Below are positions 19,352 to 29,884 of a DNA stretch of 32,000 nucleotides, in pieces; the stretch's first letter is position 1, and every line of letters starts with the position of its first letter. The stretch comes from Sinorhizobium meliloti. Lineage in GTDB: Bacteria > Pseudomonadota > Alphaproteobacteria > Rhizobiales > Rhizobiaceae. The notes beneath the pieces were generated by a model, which was not told where the DNA came from, searched no databases, and was given only the letters and a program-made list of their open reading frames with translations. The position numbers were made by a program, and so were the translations under genes. The stretch is from NCBI RefSeq assembly GCF_017876815.1, contig NZ_JAGIOS010000001.1:2130001-2162000 (forward strand), read 5' to 3'.

Positions 19352-19515
19352 GACAGTCTCTCCGAAATCGCGGGGTGCGACAGAAACCCTGCAGCGCCGC
19401 GCGTCTTATCGGACGCGCAGAGACCGCTGCAGCGCTTTAAAGCTTGCTGCACCCTCCGTCCTCTGCTCAGTTAGGGTCTAACGCGACAGACAGCAACACG
19501 AATTAAGTCAAGCGC

Positions 19516-20292
19516 ATGAAACGGGGCGGGCAGGAAAACTGGGCAATGGATTGGGCGGGCATCCTCCGCCGGATTTCGGCCCAGGCGGTCGATCTCATCT
19601 TTCCGCCAGTCTGCTCGGGATGCGGCCGGCTGACCGGATATGCCCATGCCGTCTGCGCTTCCTGCTGGGCAGGCATGCCGTTCATCGAGCGGCCCTATTG
19701 CGAGGTCCTGGGCTTGCCCTTCGCCTACGATCCGGGCGAGAGCGCGGTTTCGCCCGAGGCCATTGCCAATCCTCCGGTCTTCGACAGGCTGCGATCGGTG
19801 GCCATTCACGAAGGGATCGTCCGCGACCTCGTGCATGGCCTGAAATACCGTGATCGCACCGACCTTGCACCCATGATGGCGGAGTGGATGATCCGCGCCA
19901 GCGACGGTGCCGTGGCAGCGGCGGACATGATCGTGCCGGTTCCGCTCCATGCGCTCCGCCTCTGGAGACGCAAGTTCAACCAGGCGGCGGAGCTTGCACG
20001 CGTCATTGCCGAACGTTCCGCAAGAGCCTATCGGCCGGATGTCCTTCGCCGCATCAAGCGCACGAGCCGGCAGGTCGGACTCGGTGCCAGGGCACGCGAG
20101 GACAATGTCCGCGGCGCCTTCGCAGTACCCGAAGGCGCGAAGCGGGAACTCGCGGGCAAGCGCATCGTTCTCGTCGACGACGTCTATACGACCGGCGCGA
20201 CCGTCGCCGCCGCGACCCGGGCGCTGAAGCGTGCGGGCGCCGGAGACGTCACGGTTTTGACCTTTGCAAGGGCCATGTCCGGTCCTATATGA
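19516..20292 (+). CDS. ComF-family protein (zinc-ribbon plus phosphoribosyltransferase domain)
   Basis: PPVCSGCG...CASCW zinc ribbon and the PRTase motif IVLVDDVYTTGATV. An alternative start is ATG 19546. Confidence 0.85.
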   Translation: MKRGGQENWAMDWAGILRRISAQAVDLIFPPVCSGCGRLTGYAHAVCASCWAGMPFIERPYCEVLGLPFAYDPGESAVSPEAIANPPVFDRLRSVAIHEGIVRDLVHGLKYRDRTDLAPMMAEWMIRASDGAVAAADMIVPVPLHALRLWRRKFNQAAELARVIAERSARAYRPDVLRRIKRTSRQVGLGARAREDNVRGAFAVPEGAKRELAGKRIVLVDDVYTTGATVAAATRALKRAGAGDVTVLTFARAMSGPI

Positions 20293-20340
20293 CAAGAAGA
20301 TGTCCGGCGATCGATGCCGGTGAAGGAGCAGTTGGAGACC

Positions 20341-20598
20341 ATGGCTTCGGTCGTCATTTATACGCGTCAGTTCTGCGGCTATTGCACGAGGGCGAAGAAA
20401 CTTCTGGAAAGCAAGGGCGTCGACTTCACCGAGTATGACGCCACTTATGCACCTGAACTTCGCCAGGAGATGATCGAAAAATCCAGGGGCGGCAGGACCT
20501 TCCCGCAAATCATCATCAACGATGTTCCCGTCGGCGGCTGCGACGATCTGCATGCGCTCGATCGTGCCGGCAAGCTCGACGATCTGCTCGCGGCCTGA
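20341..20598 (+). CDS. grxC: Glutaredoxin 3
   Basis: 85 aa with the active site CGYC, plus TFPQIIINDVPVGGCDDL. I chose ATG 20341 over ATG 20314 on typical length. Confidence 0.9.
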   Translation: MASVVIYTRQFCGYCTRAKKLLESKGVDFTEYDATYAPELRQEMIEKSRGGRTFPQIIINDVPVGGCDDLHALDRAGKLDDLLAA

Positions 20599-20694
20599 AG
20601 TGAAATGCCACGACTGGCCTTTCCATCCGAAAGAGATGAATGCTGCGATGCCGGATAGGTCTGATCCAAAGTTCCGCTTGGGAGAAAGAAAGCG

Positions 20695-21552
20695 ATGACG
20701 TTCAAGGCTGCCGCCGTCCAGATGTGCTCCGGTGTCGACCCCGCAGGAAATGCGGAGACGATGGCGAAGCTGGTGCGCGAAGCGGCTTCGCGGGGCGCAA
20801 CCTATGTTCAGACGCCGGAGATGACCGGAGCGGTCCAGCGCGACCGGACGGGTTTGCGGTCGGTGTTGAAGGATGGGGAGAACGACGTCGTCGTTCGCGA
20901 GGCATCCCGGCTTGCCCGCGAGCTCGGAATTTACCTGCATGTCGGCTCGACACCGATCGCGCGCGCGGATGGAAAGATTGCCAATCGCGGCTTCCTGTTC
21001 GGGCCTGACGGCGCGAAGATCTGTGATTACGACAAGATCCACATGTTCGACGTGGATCTGGAGAATGGCGAAAGCTGGCGCGAGAGCGCCGCCTATCATC
21101 CGGGTAATACCGCCCGTACTGCCGATCTTCCCTTCGGCAAGCTCGGTTTTTCGATCTGCTACGATGTGCGCTTCCCCGAGCTTTTCCGCCAGCAGGCCGT
21201 GGCGGGAGCCGAGATCATGTCGGTGCCGGCGGCGTTCACGCGCCAGACCGGCGAGGCGCATTGGGAAATCCTGCTGCGCGCCCGGGCCATCGAAAACGGG
21301 CTCTTCGTTATTGCCGCCGCCCAAGCGGGCACGCATGAGGATGGCCGGGAGACCTTCGGCCACTCGATGATCGTCGATCCCTGGGGCAGGGTGCTGGCCG
21401 AAGCCGGAGCGACCGGCGAGGAGATCATCGTCGCCGAGATCGATGTGGCGGCGGTGCACGCGGCGCGCGCCAAGATTCCCAACCTCAGGAACGCGCGCAG
21501 CTTCGTGTTGGATGAGGTGGTTCCGGTGGGAAAAGGAGGCGCTGCAGCTTGA
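20695..21552 (+). CDS. Carbon-nitrogen hydrolase family protein (Nit-like amidase)
   Basis: E-K-C triad context (YVQTPEM, KIHMFD, GFSICYDVRFPE). GGGAGAAAG lies upstream of ATG 20695. Confidence 0.85.
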   Translation: MTFKAAAVQMCSGVDPAGNAETMAKLVREAASRGATYVQTPEMTGAVQRDRTGLRSVLKDGENDVVVREASRLARELGIYLHVGSTPIARADGKIANRGFLFGPDGAKICDYDKIHMFDVDLENGESWRESAAYHPGNTARTADLPFGKLGFSICYDVRFPELFRQQAVAGAEIMSVPAAFTRQTGEAHWEILLRARAIENGLFVIAAAQAGTHEDGRETFGHSMIVDPWGRVLAEAGATGEEIIVAEIDVAAVHAARAKIPNLRNARSFVLDEVVPVGKGGAAA

Positions 21553-21977
21553 TCCACTACAATCTTGCCTGTGACAAGGGCCACGCCTTCGAGGGCTGGT
21601 TCTCTTCGAGCGACGATTTCGACCGCCAGGTCGCCCGGCGCCTGGTCACCTGTCCCAGTTGCGGTTCCGATTCCGTCAGCAAGCAACTGATGGCACCTGC
21701 CGTCTCCACGGCGCGCAAGAAGGAAGCACGCCGCGAACTGGTAATGGACCAGGCCCAGAAGGAAACGGTTGCCAAGCTCAAGGAGCTGGTGAAGTCGATT
21801 CGCGAAAACGCGGAAGACGTCGGCGAGCGCTTCCCGGACGAGGCGCGCAAGATTCATTACGGCGAAGCCGACCAGCGCGGGCTGATCGGCAAGGCGACCG
21901 CGGAAGAGGCGATTGCCCTCATCGAAGAGGGAATCGAGATCGCCCCGCTGCCGGTGCTGCCGGACGACACGAACTGA
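21549..21977 (+). CDS. DUF1178 family zinc-ribbon protein
   Basis: MIHYNLACDKGHAFEGWFSSSDDFDRQ...CPSCGS. The TTG start overlaps the upstream TGA stop (cTTGA, 21549-21552). Confidence 0.75.
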   Translation: MIHYNLACDKGHAFEGWFSSSDDFDRQVARRLVTCPSCGSDSVSKQLMAPAVSTARKKEARRELVMDQAQKETVAKLKELVKSIRENAEDVGERFPDEARKIHYGEADQRGLIGKATAEEAIALIEEGIEIAPLPVLPDDTN

Positions 21978-21989
21978 CGACGACAGGGC

Positions 21990-22736
21990 TCAGATCGGCC
22001 GTTTCGCCACGATCATGTAATTGACGTCCATATCCCTCGACAGGTTCCACTGGTTGGCCAGCGGATTGAAGAAGACGCCGGTGCGGTCGGCAATCTCCAT
22101 GCCGCTCGCCTCGAGCGGTCTTTCCAACTCGTCCGGCCGAACCAGTTTGTCGTATTGGTGGGTGCCGCGGGGCAGCCAGCGCAGCACGTTTTCGGCCGCG
22201 AAGATCGCGAGTGCTGCGGCTTTCAGTGTGCGGTTGATTGTGGCGACGAACATCAGGCCGCCCGGGCGCACCATATGCGCACAGGTCGTCATGAAGAATT
22301 CGACGTCTGCGACATGCTCGACCACTTCCATGTTCAAAACGACGTCGAAGCTCTCGCCGGCTTCGGCAAGGGCCTCCCCCGTGACGGCGCGATAATCGAC
22401 GCTGACGCCGCTGCCGGCCGCATGCGTTCTGGCGATGCCGATGTTCTTTTCCGAGGCGTCGGCCCCGACGATGTCCGCTCCCATCCGGGCCATCGGCTCG
22501 GAAAGGAGTCCGCCGCCGCAGCCGATATCAAGGACCCGCAGCCCCTCAAGCGGCTGCCGGCTCTTCGCATCGCGGCCGAAATGCTCCGAGACCCTGTCGC
22601 GGATATAGGTGAGGCGCACAGGATTGAATTTATGCAGCGGGCGGAACTTGCCGGTCGGATCCCACCATTCGGCCGCCATGGCAGAAAAGCGGTCCACCTC
22701 GCTCTGGTCGATCGTCGTGCGCGCCGTCTCGCTCAT
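21990..22736 (-). CDS. ubiG: Bifunctional 2-polyprenyl-6-hydroxyphenol / 3-demethylubiquinol O-methyltransferase UbiG
   Basis: 248 aa with the SAM motif [22 protein letters not shown] and the UbiG-type N-terminus [26 protein letters not shown]. Confidence 0.93.
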   Translation of the reverse strand: MSETARTTIDQSEVDRFSAMAAEWWDPTGKFRPLHKFNPVRLTYIRDRVSEHFGRDAKSRQPLEGLRVLDIGCGGGLLSEPMARMGADIVGADASEKNIGIARTHAAGSGVSVDYRAVTGEALAEAGESFDVVLNMEVVEHVADVEFFMTTCAHMVRPGGLMFVATINRTLKAAALAIFAAENVLRWLPRGTHQYDKLVRPDELERPLEASGMEIADRTGVFFNPLANQWNLSRDMDVNYMIVAKRPI

Positions 22737-22887
22737 CAGAGCCTCCTTGCCTCATCCTTCAGCGCCGCGCGCCTCGATCAGGCGCGCAAAGATCGCTGTA
22801 GCCCTTCATTCCGATGTTGAAGTCGGACGATCGAAGGGGGATGTCAAGGGCCTGAGGCTCGTCTGGCGGTCGATCGGTCTCGGTCGC

Positions 22888-23433
22888 TCACGCCGATTCC
22901 GGCCGGTAATGCAGGATGACGACACCGGACTTCAGAGGGCGGACATGAGTGAGATCAAGCTTCGTCCGCTCTGGAACGTTCTGAAAGAGGGGCGTGCCCT
23001 TGCCGAGCAGCACCGGATTGATGCCGAGACGGTATTCATCGACGAGTCCTTGAGCGATCAGCGTGGAAGCGAAATCGGCGCTGCCGAAGATGAAGATCGC
23101 GCCGCCTTCGCGTTCTTTCAGGCGCCTGACCTCGTCGGCGGCATCGCCGGAAACGAGGGTCGTGTTGTTCCAGTCGGCACTCCTGAGCGTCCTGGAGAAG
23201 ACGTATTTCTCGACCCCGTTCATGAAGGCGGCGATATGATCCCGGGACGAGGGCCAATAGGCGGCCATGAGTTCGTAGGTGGTGCGGCCGAAGAGCAGTG
23301 TGCCGGCCTCGAACTGCGTCTCGCGGATATAGGCGTCGAGTTCCTCTTCAAAAACGAACCAGCCGATGTCATGCCCCGGAGCTTCGAAAAACCCGTCGAC
23401 ACTGACCATGTCCCACATGATGACTTTGCGCAT
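22888..23433 (-). CDS. Dihydrofolate reductase family protein (RibD C-terminal domain)
   Basis: 181 aa: VSVDGFF...LLFGRTTYELMAAYWP...IFIFGSADFASTLIAQGLVDEYRLGINPVLLGKGTPLF. ATG at 23433 with GGAGGAAGG upstream. The track ORF to 23883 is an extension. Confidence 0.8.
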   Translation of the reverse strand: MRKVIMWDMVSVDGFFEAPGHDIGWFVFEEELDAYIRETQFEAGTLLFGRTTYELMAAYWPSSRDHIAAFMNGVEKYVFSRTLRSADWNNTTLVSGDAADEVRRLKEREGGAIFIFGSADFASTLIAQGLVDEYRLGINPVLLGKGTPLFQNVPERTKLDLTHVRPLKSGVVILHYRPESA

Positions 23434-23781
23434 TGTCCTTCCTCCCGTTGGGCGGCCGCCGCCCTGCGTCTGGAGTGAGATTGGCAGAACTGATATTGTT
23501 ATGCAAGTGGTTTTTAAATGAGAGCAGTGTTCATGTCCAGCGCGATTGGGCCGCCGCTCTGACGGCCATTGCACGCGGCCCCCTGATCCGCTAAGAGACG
23601 CCGCGACTTTCCGCTCCCCGAGGCGGCGACTTGCTGATGTCCGAGAAGTCTCCTCAAGCTTTTTGATCGTCAGGCGCCGGCGGGGGCGTTTTCCTGTCGC
23701 GCCTACGGCGCCGCGCGTCTTTTTGGACGCTCCAAGGTCGCTGTGGCAGGCGCGCAAACATGTTGTTACGGTAGAGGCGAA

Positions 23782-25056
23782 ATGGCACGCATCGTGATGA
23801 AATTCGGCGGGACCTCCGTCGCAGATTTGAACCGCATCCACAATGTCGCCCGCCATGTGAAACGCGAAGTCGATGCCGGCCATGAGGTTGCTGTCGTCGT
23901 TTCCGCCATGTCCGGCAAGACCAACGAGCTGGTCGGCTGGGTCGAAAACATGCCGAAGGTCGCGGGCTCGAACGCCCCCTTTTACGATGCGCGCGAATAT
24001 GACGCGGTCGTCGCCTCAGGCGAACAGGTGACCTCCGGCCTGCTTGCGATCGCGCTGCAGTCGATGGGCATCAACGCCCGCTCGTGGCAGGGCTGGCAGT
24101 TGCCGATCAAGACCGACAACGCCCATGGTGCGGCCCGCATTCTCGAAATCGACGGCGCCGATGTCATCCGACGCATGGGCGAGGGTCAGGTGGCGGTCGT
24201 CGCCGGCTTCCAGGGTCTCGGTCCGGACAACCGCCTGGCGACGCTCGGCCGCGGCGGCTCGGACACCTCCGCCGTCGCAATCGCAGCCGCCGTCAAGGCC
24301 GATCGCTGCGACATCTACACCGACGTCGACGGCGTCTACACGACCGACCCGCGCATCGAACCGAAGGCCCGGCGATTGAAGAAGATCGCCTTCGAGGAAA
24401 TGCTGGAAATGGCGTCTCTCGGCGCCAAGGTGCTGCAGGTACGCTCGGTCGAGCTCGCCATGGTGCACAAGGTACGCACATTCGTGCGTTCTTCTTTCGA
24501 GGATCCCGATGCGCCGGGCATGGGTGATCTCATGAACCCGCCCGGAACGCTGATTTGTGATGAGGATGAGATCGTGGAACAGGAAGTCGTAACCGGCATC
24601 GCCTATGCCAAGGATGAAGCACAGATCTCGCTGCGCCGCCTGGCCGACCGGCCGGGCGTTTCCGCCGCGATCTTCGGGCCGCTTGCGGAAGCCCACATCA
24701 ATGTCGACATGATCGTCCAGAACATTTCGGAAGACGGCTCGAAGACCGATATGACCTTCACCGTGCCGTCCGGCGACGTCGACAAGGCCCTCAGGGTTCT
24801 GGGCGATAACAAGGAAAAGATCGGCTATGACGTCATTCAGTCGGAGTCGGGCCTCGTCAAGGTCTCGGTGATCGGCATCGGAATGCGCAGCCATGCGGGC
24901 GTCGCCGCTTCCGCGTTCCGGGCACTTGCCGACAAGGGGATCAACATCAAGGCCATCACCACCTCCGAAATCAAGATCTCCATCCTGATCGACGGACCTT
25001 ACGCCGAATTGGCCGTTCGCACTTTGCATTCCGTCTACGGTCTGGATAAGAGTTAA
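23782..25056 (+). CDS. lysC: Aspartate kinase
   Basis: [17 protein letters not shown]-terminus, and C-terminal tandem ACT domains. 424 aa. Confidence 0.95.
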   Translation: MARIVMKFGGTSVADLNRIHNVARHVKREVDAGHEVAVVVSAMSGKTNELVGWVENMPKVAGSNAPFYDAREYDAVVASGEQVTSGLLAIALQSMGINARSWQGWQLPIKTDNAHGAARILEIDGADVIRRMGEGQVAVVAGFQGLGPDNRLATLGRGGSDTSAVAIAAAVKADRCDIYTDVDGVYTTDPRIEPKARRLKKIAFEEMLEMASLGAKVLQVRSVELAMVHKVRTFVRSSFEDPDAPGMGDLMNPPGTLICDEDEIVEQEVVTGIAYAKDEAQISLRRLADRPGVSAAIFGPLAEAHINVDMIVQNISEDGSKTDMTFTVPSGDVDKALRVLGDNKEKIGYDVIQSESGLVKVSVIGIGMRSHAGVAASAFRALADKGINIKAITTSEIKISILIDGPYAELAVRTLHSVYGLDKS

Positions 25057-25246
25057 ACGGCAGGCATTTGATTTGGGATTCGCGACCCGGCGCCGCGCGT
25101 CTGAAAAGACACGGAAGACGTCGCTGTAGTGATTGGAACTGCTGCATGGTCTTGTCCTCGGATCGATTTCGCTTCGAGGATGCATGCAGAGGCCGCGGCG
25201 TCCCGCATGGGCCCGACGTTTATTCTTATTCAGGAGACCCCACGCG

Positions 25247-27514
25247 ATGAGAGACCTTTCCGCAGGTCCGCGCGTTCTCCTCAAGCGGTTGCGCGAGCTC
25301 ATGGCGGAACCGCTCGAGCCGCAGGAGCGCCTTGACCGGATCGTTCGCCAGATTGCGCAGAACATGGTTGCGGAAGTGTGCTCGGTTTACGTGCTGCGCT
25401 CCGATGGCGTGCTCGAACTTTACGCGACCGAAGGTCTGAACAAGACGGCGGTGCATCTGGCGCAATTGAAGATGGGACAGGGTCTCGTCGGTACGATCGC
25501 CGCTTCGGCACGGCCGCTCAATCTCTCCGATGCCCAGTCGCACCCCGCCTTCACCTACCTGCCGGAGACGGGCGAAGAGATCTATCACTCTTTCCTTGGC
25601 GTTCCGATCCTGCGCACGGGACGCGCGCTCGGCGTCCTCGTCGTGCAGAACAAGGCGCAGCGCAACTATCGCGAGGACGAGGTCGAGGCGCTGGAAACGA
25701 CCGCTATGGTGCTCGCCGAGATGGTCGCGACCGGCGAGCTCAAGAAGATCACCAAACCCGGGCTCGAGCTCGATCTGTCCCGCCCGGTGACGATCGAGGG
25801 CAACAGCTACGGCGAAGGCATCGGGCTCGGTTACGTCGTCCTGCATGAGCCGCGCATCGTCGTCACCAATCTGCTCAACGAGGACACGGAGCACGAACTG
25901 CAGCGGCTTGCGGAGGCGCTCGGCTCGCTGCGCATCTCCATCGACGACATGCTGTCGCGCCGCGACGTTTCGATGGAAGGCGAACACCGCGCGGTGCTCG
26001 AGACCTACCGCATGTTCGCCCATGACCGCGGCTGGGTGAGAAAGCTCGAGGAGGCGATCCGCAACGGCCTGACGGCGGAAGCGGCGGTGGAGCGGGTGCA
26101 GAGCGAGACCAAGGCGCGGATGATCCGGCTGACCGATCCGTATCTTCGCGAGCGGATGCACGATTTCGACGATCTTGCGAACCGGCTGTTGCGCCAGCTT
26201 TCGGGTTATGGCGCCAAGCTTTCGGCTGCCGATTTCCCGAATGACGCGATCGTCGTCGCGCGCGCCATGGGTGCCGCGGAGTTGCTCGACTATCCGCGCG
26301 AGAACGTGCGCGGCCTCGTGCTGGAGGAGGGGGCGGTCACCAGCCACGTGGTCATCGTCGCCCGCGCCATGGGCATCCCGGTGGTCGGCCAGGCGGCGGG
26401 GGCAGTGGCGCTCGCCGAAAACCGCGATGCGATCATCGTCGACGGCGACGATGCGAAGGTGCATCTGCGGCCGATGGCCGATCTGCAGCGCGCTTACGAG
26501 GAGAAAGTGCGCTTCCGTGCGCGCAGGCAGGCGCAGTTCCGCGCTCTCCGGGATGTCGAGCCGCTGACGAAGGACGGCAAGCGCATTACGTTGCAGATGA
26601 ATGCCGGGCTGCTGGTCGACTTGCCCCATCTGAACGAGGCGGGTGCCGAAGGTATCGGTCTCTTCCGGACCGAACTGCAGTTCATGATCGCTTCAACCAT
26701 GCCCAAGGCCGAGGAGCAGGAAGCCTTCTATCGCAACGTCATGAAGCAGACGGCGGGGAAGCCGGTCACCTTCCGGACGCTGGATATCGGCGGCGACAAG
26801 GTCGTACCCTATTTCCGTGCCGCGGAAGAGGAGAACCCCGCCCTCGGCTGGCGCGCCATCAGGCTGTCGCTCGATCGGCCGGGTCTGCTGCGTACCCAGT
26901 TCCGGGCAATGCTGAGGGCGACGGCCGGCGCCGAACTCAAGATGATGCTGCCGATGGTGACGGAAGTCGCGGAGCTGAAGAGCGCGCGAGAACTCCTGCA
27001 GAAGGAGATCGAGCGCCAATCGAAGCTCGGCGAACAATTGCCGCGCAAGCTGCAGTTCGGGGCGATGCTGGAAGTGCCGGCGCTGCTTTGGCAGCTCGAC
27101 GAACTGATGGCCGAAGTCGATTTCGTTTCGGTCGGCTCGAACGATCTCTTCCAGTTCGCCATGGCGGTCGACCGCGGCAATGCCCGTGTTTCCGAACGAT
27201 TCGACATTCTCGGCCGGCCGTTCCTGCGGATTCTCCGGGAGATCGTGCGGGCCGGCGAGCGCAACAATACGCCGGTGACGCTTTGCGGCGAGATGGCAAG
27301 CAAACCGCTTTCGGCCATGGCGTTGCTCGGGCTCGGCTTCCGGTCGGTTTCGATGTCGCCGACGGCTGTCGGACCGGTCAAGGCAATGCTCCTGGCGCTC
27401 GATGCCGGCAGGCTCAACGAACTCCTCGAGGCAGCGCTCGACGACGTCAAATCCGACACGTCGATCCGCCAGCTCCTGGTCGATTTCGCTGCGGCGAACG
27501 GCATACCGGTTTAG
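25247..27514 (+). CDS. ptsP: Phosphoenolpyruvate-protein phosphotransferase PtsP (EI-Ntr, GAF-domain)
   Basis: N-terminal GAF domain, the phospho-His region GAVTSHVVIVARAMGIPVV, and a PEP-utilising C-terminal barrel. ATG at 25247 with AGGAGA 8 nt upstream. Confidence 0.93.
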   Translation: MRDLSAGPRVLLKRLRELMAEPLEPQERLDRIVRQIAQNMVAEVCSVYVLRSDGVLELYATEGLNKTAVHLAQLKMGQGLVGTIAASARPLNLSDAQSHPAFTYLPETGEEIYHSFLGVPILRTGRALGVLVVQNKAQRNYREDEVEALETTAMVLAEMVATGELKKITKPGLELDLSRPVTIEGNSYGEGIGLGYVVLHEPRIVVTNLLNEDTEHELQRLAEALGSLRISIDDMLSRRDVSMEGEHRAVLETYRMFAHDRGWVRKLEEAIRNGLTAEAAVERVQSETKARMIRLTDPYLRERMHDFDDLANRLLRQLSGYGAKLSAADFPNDAIVVARAMGAAELLDYPRENVRGLVLEEGAVTSHVVIVARAMGIPVVGQAAGAVALAENRDAIIVDGDDAKVHLRPMADLQRAYEEKVRFRARRQAQFRALRDVEPLTKDGKRITLQMNAGLLVDLPHLNEAGAEGIGLFRTELQFMIASTMPKAEEQEAFYRNVMKQTAGKPVTFRTLDIGGDKVVPYFRAAEEENPALGWRAIRLSLDRPGLLRTQFRAMLRATAGAELKMMLPMVTEVAELKSARELLQKEIERQSKLGEQLPRKLQFGAMLEVPALLWQLDELMAEVDFVSVGSNDLFQFAMAVDRGNARVSERFDILGRPFLRILREIVRAGERNNTPVTLCGEMASKPLSAMALLGLGFRSVSMSPTAVGPVKAMLLALDAGRLNELLEAALDDVKSDTSIRQLLVDFAAANGIPV

Positions 27515-27582
27515 ATTGAACAAGAGGGCTCTCGTCTCCGTCCGGACGCGATCCGGGCGAGGCGAGTGCATTGGAGTGAGAT

Positions 27583-28665
27583 TTGGCAAAGCTTCCCGTT
27601 GAAAAGATGCGCGAACTGGAGCGGCGGTTCGGCGAAATCGAGGCGCGCATGTCCGCCGGCCCGTCGGCCGACGTTTACGTGAAGCTGGCCTCGGAATATT
27701 CCGAGCTGCAGCCGGTCGTCTCGAAGATTCGCGCCTATGAGAAGGCGACTGCCGAGCTCGCCGACATCGCAGCAATGCTTGCCGACCGGGCGACCGACAA
27801 GGACATGCGCGACCTCGCGGAGATGGAAAAGCCGGAGGTCGAAGAAAAGATCGAAGCGCTCGAGCAGGAAATCCAGATCCTGCTTCTGCCGAAGGATGCG
27901 GCCGACGAAAAGAGCGCGATTCTCGAAATCCGCGCCGGTACGGGTGGCTCGGAAGCAGCCCTCTTTGCCGGCGATCTCTTCCGCATGTACGAGAGATACG
28001 CCGCGAGCAAGGGCTGGCGCGTCGAAGTGCTGTCGGCGAGCGAGGGCGAGGCCGGCGGCTACAAGGAAATCATCGCAACGGTATCGGGCCGCGGTGTCTT
28101 CTCGCGGCTGAAATTCGAGTCCGGCGTCCACCGGGTGCAGCGCGTGCCGGAGACGGAAGCGAGCGGCCGGATCCATACCTCGGCGGCGACGGTCGCGGTG
28201 TTGCCGGAGGCCGAAGAGATCGACATCGACGTCCGCCCGGAGGACATCCGCGTCGACACGATGCGTTCCTCGGGAGCAGGCGGGCAGCACGTCAACACGA
28301 CCGATTCGGCCGTGCGCATAACCCATATTCCGACCGGCATCGTCGTCACCAGTTCGGAGAAGTCGCAGCATCAGAACCGTGCCAAGGCGATGCAGGTGCT
28401 GCGCTCCCGGCTTTATGACATGGAACGGCAGCGCGCCGACAGCGAGCGTTCGGCCGACCGCAGGAGCCAGGTAGGTTCCGGCGATCGTTCCGAGCGCATA
28501 CGCACCTACAATTTCCCGCAGGGACGCTTGACCGACCACCGTATCAATCTCACGCTCTACAAGCTCGACCGAATGATGGAAGGTGAGATCGACGACGTGG
28601 TGGATGCGCTGCTCGCCGACTATCAGGCAAGCCAGCTCGCGCTGCTCGGCGAAAGGCAGAACTGA
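27583..28665 (+). CDS. prfA: Peptide chain release factor 1
   Basis: GGQ motif [26 protein letters not shown] start at 27583 with GGAGTGAG upstream. Confidence 0.95.
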   Translation: MAKLPVEKMRELERRFGEIEARMSAGPSADVYVKLASEYSELQPVVSKIRAYEKATAELADIAAMLADRATDKDMRDLAEMEKPEVEEKIEALEQEIQILLLPKDAADEKSAILEIRAGTGGSEAALFAGDLFRMYERYAASKGWRVEVLSASEGEAGGYKEIIATVSGRGVFSRLKFESGVHRVQRVPETEASGRIHTSAATVAVLPEAEEIDIDVRPEDIRVDTMRSSGAGGQHVNTTDSAVRITHIPTGIVVTSSEKSQHQNRAKAMQVLRSRLYDMERQRADSERSADRRSQVGSGDRSERIRTYNFPQGRLTDHRINLTLYKLDRMMEGEIDDVVDALLADYQASQLALLGERQN

Positions 28666-28671
28666 GTTTCA

Positions 28672-29553
28672 ATGGCCCAAACCCTCGACAGCCTCCTAGC
28701 CGAGAGCCGCGACAGGCTCAAGGCCGCCGGCCTCGAATCGGCGGGGCTCGATGCACGGCACCTGATCTCCGGCCTGCTCGACCTTGCGCTTGCCGCGCTC
28801 CTGACGCGCGGAAGGGAACCCATCAGCGACGAGGATGCCGCGCGCATTCGTGCCGCGGTCGAGCGCCGCGCGGCGCACGAGCCGGTCTATCGGATTCTCG
28901 GCGAGCGGGAATTCTTCGGCCTGAAGCTCAAGCTCTCCAAAGAGACGCTGGAACCGCGTCCGGACACCGAGATCCTGGTCGACTGCCTGATTCCCCATGC
29001 GCGGCGGATCGCCTCAAGCAAAGGGAGTTGTCGCATCGTCGACCTCGGAACGGGCACGGGTGCGATTTGTCTCGCTCTTCTCGCAGCGGTACTTGACGCG
29101 CGCGGTCTCGGTACCGATATATCCGAAGACGCCCTGGCGACGGCACTTGAAAATGCTCGCAGGAATGGCTTGGCGGAGCGCTTCGGAACCGTTCGAAGCA
29201 AGTGGTTCGAGGCGGTGGATGGACGGTTCGATATCATCGTCTCAAATCCGCCTTATATCCGGTCCAATGTAATACCGGAGCTTGAACCGGAAGTGAGATA
29301 CCACGATCCGGTCGCCGCACTTGATGGCGGAGAGGATGGGCTTGATGCCTATCGTGCCATTGCTTCTCACGCTGGTCGCCATCTTGAAACAGACGGCGTA
29401 ATAGGCTTGGAAATCGGTTTCGATCAAAAACGAGCGGTAACGGCGCTATTCGAAGCGCAGGGCTTTCGTTTGCTCTCTGCCGCAAAGGACCTCGGCGGCA
29501 ACGATCGGGTCCTGGTGTTCCAGCAGGATATTGAGCGCAGCAATAACCGTTGA
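28672..29553 (+). CDS. prmC: Release-factor glutamine N5-methyltransferase PrmC (HemK)
   Basis: DLGTGTGAI SAM motif and the catalytic IIVSNPPYI. It lies 6 nt downstream of prfA. Confidence 0.93.
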   Translation: MAQTLDSLLAESRDRLKAAGLESAGLDARHLISGLLDLALAALLTRGREPISDEDAARIRAAVERRAAHEPVYRILGEREFFGLKLKLSKETLEPRPDTEILVDCLIPHARRIASSKGSCRIVDLGTGTGAICLALLAAVLDARGLGTDISEDALATALENARRNGLAERFGTVRSKWFEAVDGRFDIIVSNPPYIRSNVIPELEPEVRYHDPVAALDGGEDGLDAYRAIASHAGRHLETDGVIGLEIGFDQKRAVTALFEAQGFRLLSAAKDLGGNDRVLVFQQDIERSNNR

Positions 29554-29884
29554 AAAAATGCTGCACTCGCACTTCTCTTTCCGGAAGAGCAAAGAAAGGG
29601 CTTGGAATCCCGAAGGAAGCGGGCTAGTTTCACCCCGCGCACTGGGCAGAAGGTCTTGGACCAAAGATTCGTTCCAGTATGACCTGGCCACGGGGATTGC
29701 TCTCAAGAAAGAGTTGCTAGGGTTCGACAGTGCCTTGTGCGGGTACCTGTTAATTTAACGTCGACCGGCGCCGAGATCGCGAAGAGGCGATCTGCCATGG
29801 CGCATGTTTTCTCGGGTGCGGACTTCCGCACCGAGAGCGGAACCACATGATCATCATTATCAAGAAAATTCAGGTGAATGGACT

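Noticed and set aside
23546-23797. An 83-aa ORF in the lysC upstream region, and a 75-aa ORF at 29531..29758 in the prmC-DUF4167 spacer.
   Set aside because: Neither has an SD or recognisable motifs, and both have Arg-rich or odd composition. They overlap neighbouring gene ends or starts and are more likely non-coding leader or spacer sequence.
23706-25102. An exact 15-nt direct repeat CGGCGCCGCGCGTCT flanks lysC (23706..23720 and 25088..25102), which suggested a mobile cassette or recombination site.
   Set aside because: A rough estimate for a window of this length and composition gives on the order of one or two chance 15-mer matches. The motif is pure GC-rich low-complexity sequence. lysC is a core gene in conserved synteny, and the similarity does not extend beyond the 15 nt.
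29611-29640. The sequence cccgaaggaagcgggc is reminiscent of the SRP (4.5S) RNA domain IV GGAA/GGAAGC motif.
   Set aside because: The loop is CGAA rather than a GNRA loop in the correct context. The flanking symmetric and asymmetric loop sequences and a closing helix are not evident. I cannot support an ffs call by eye.
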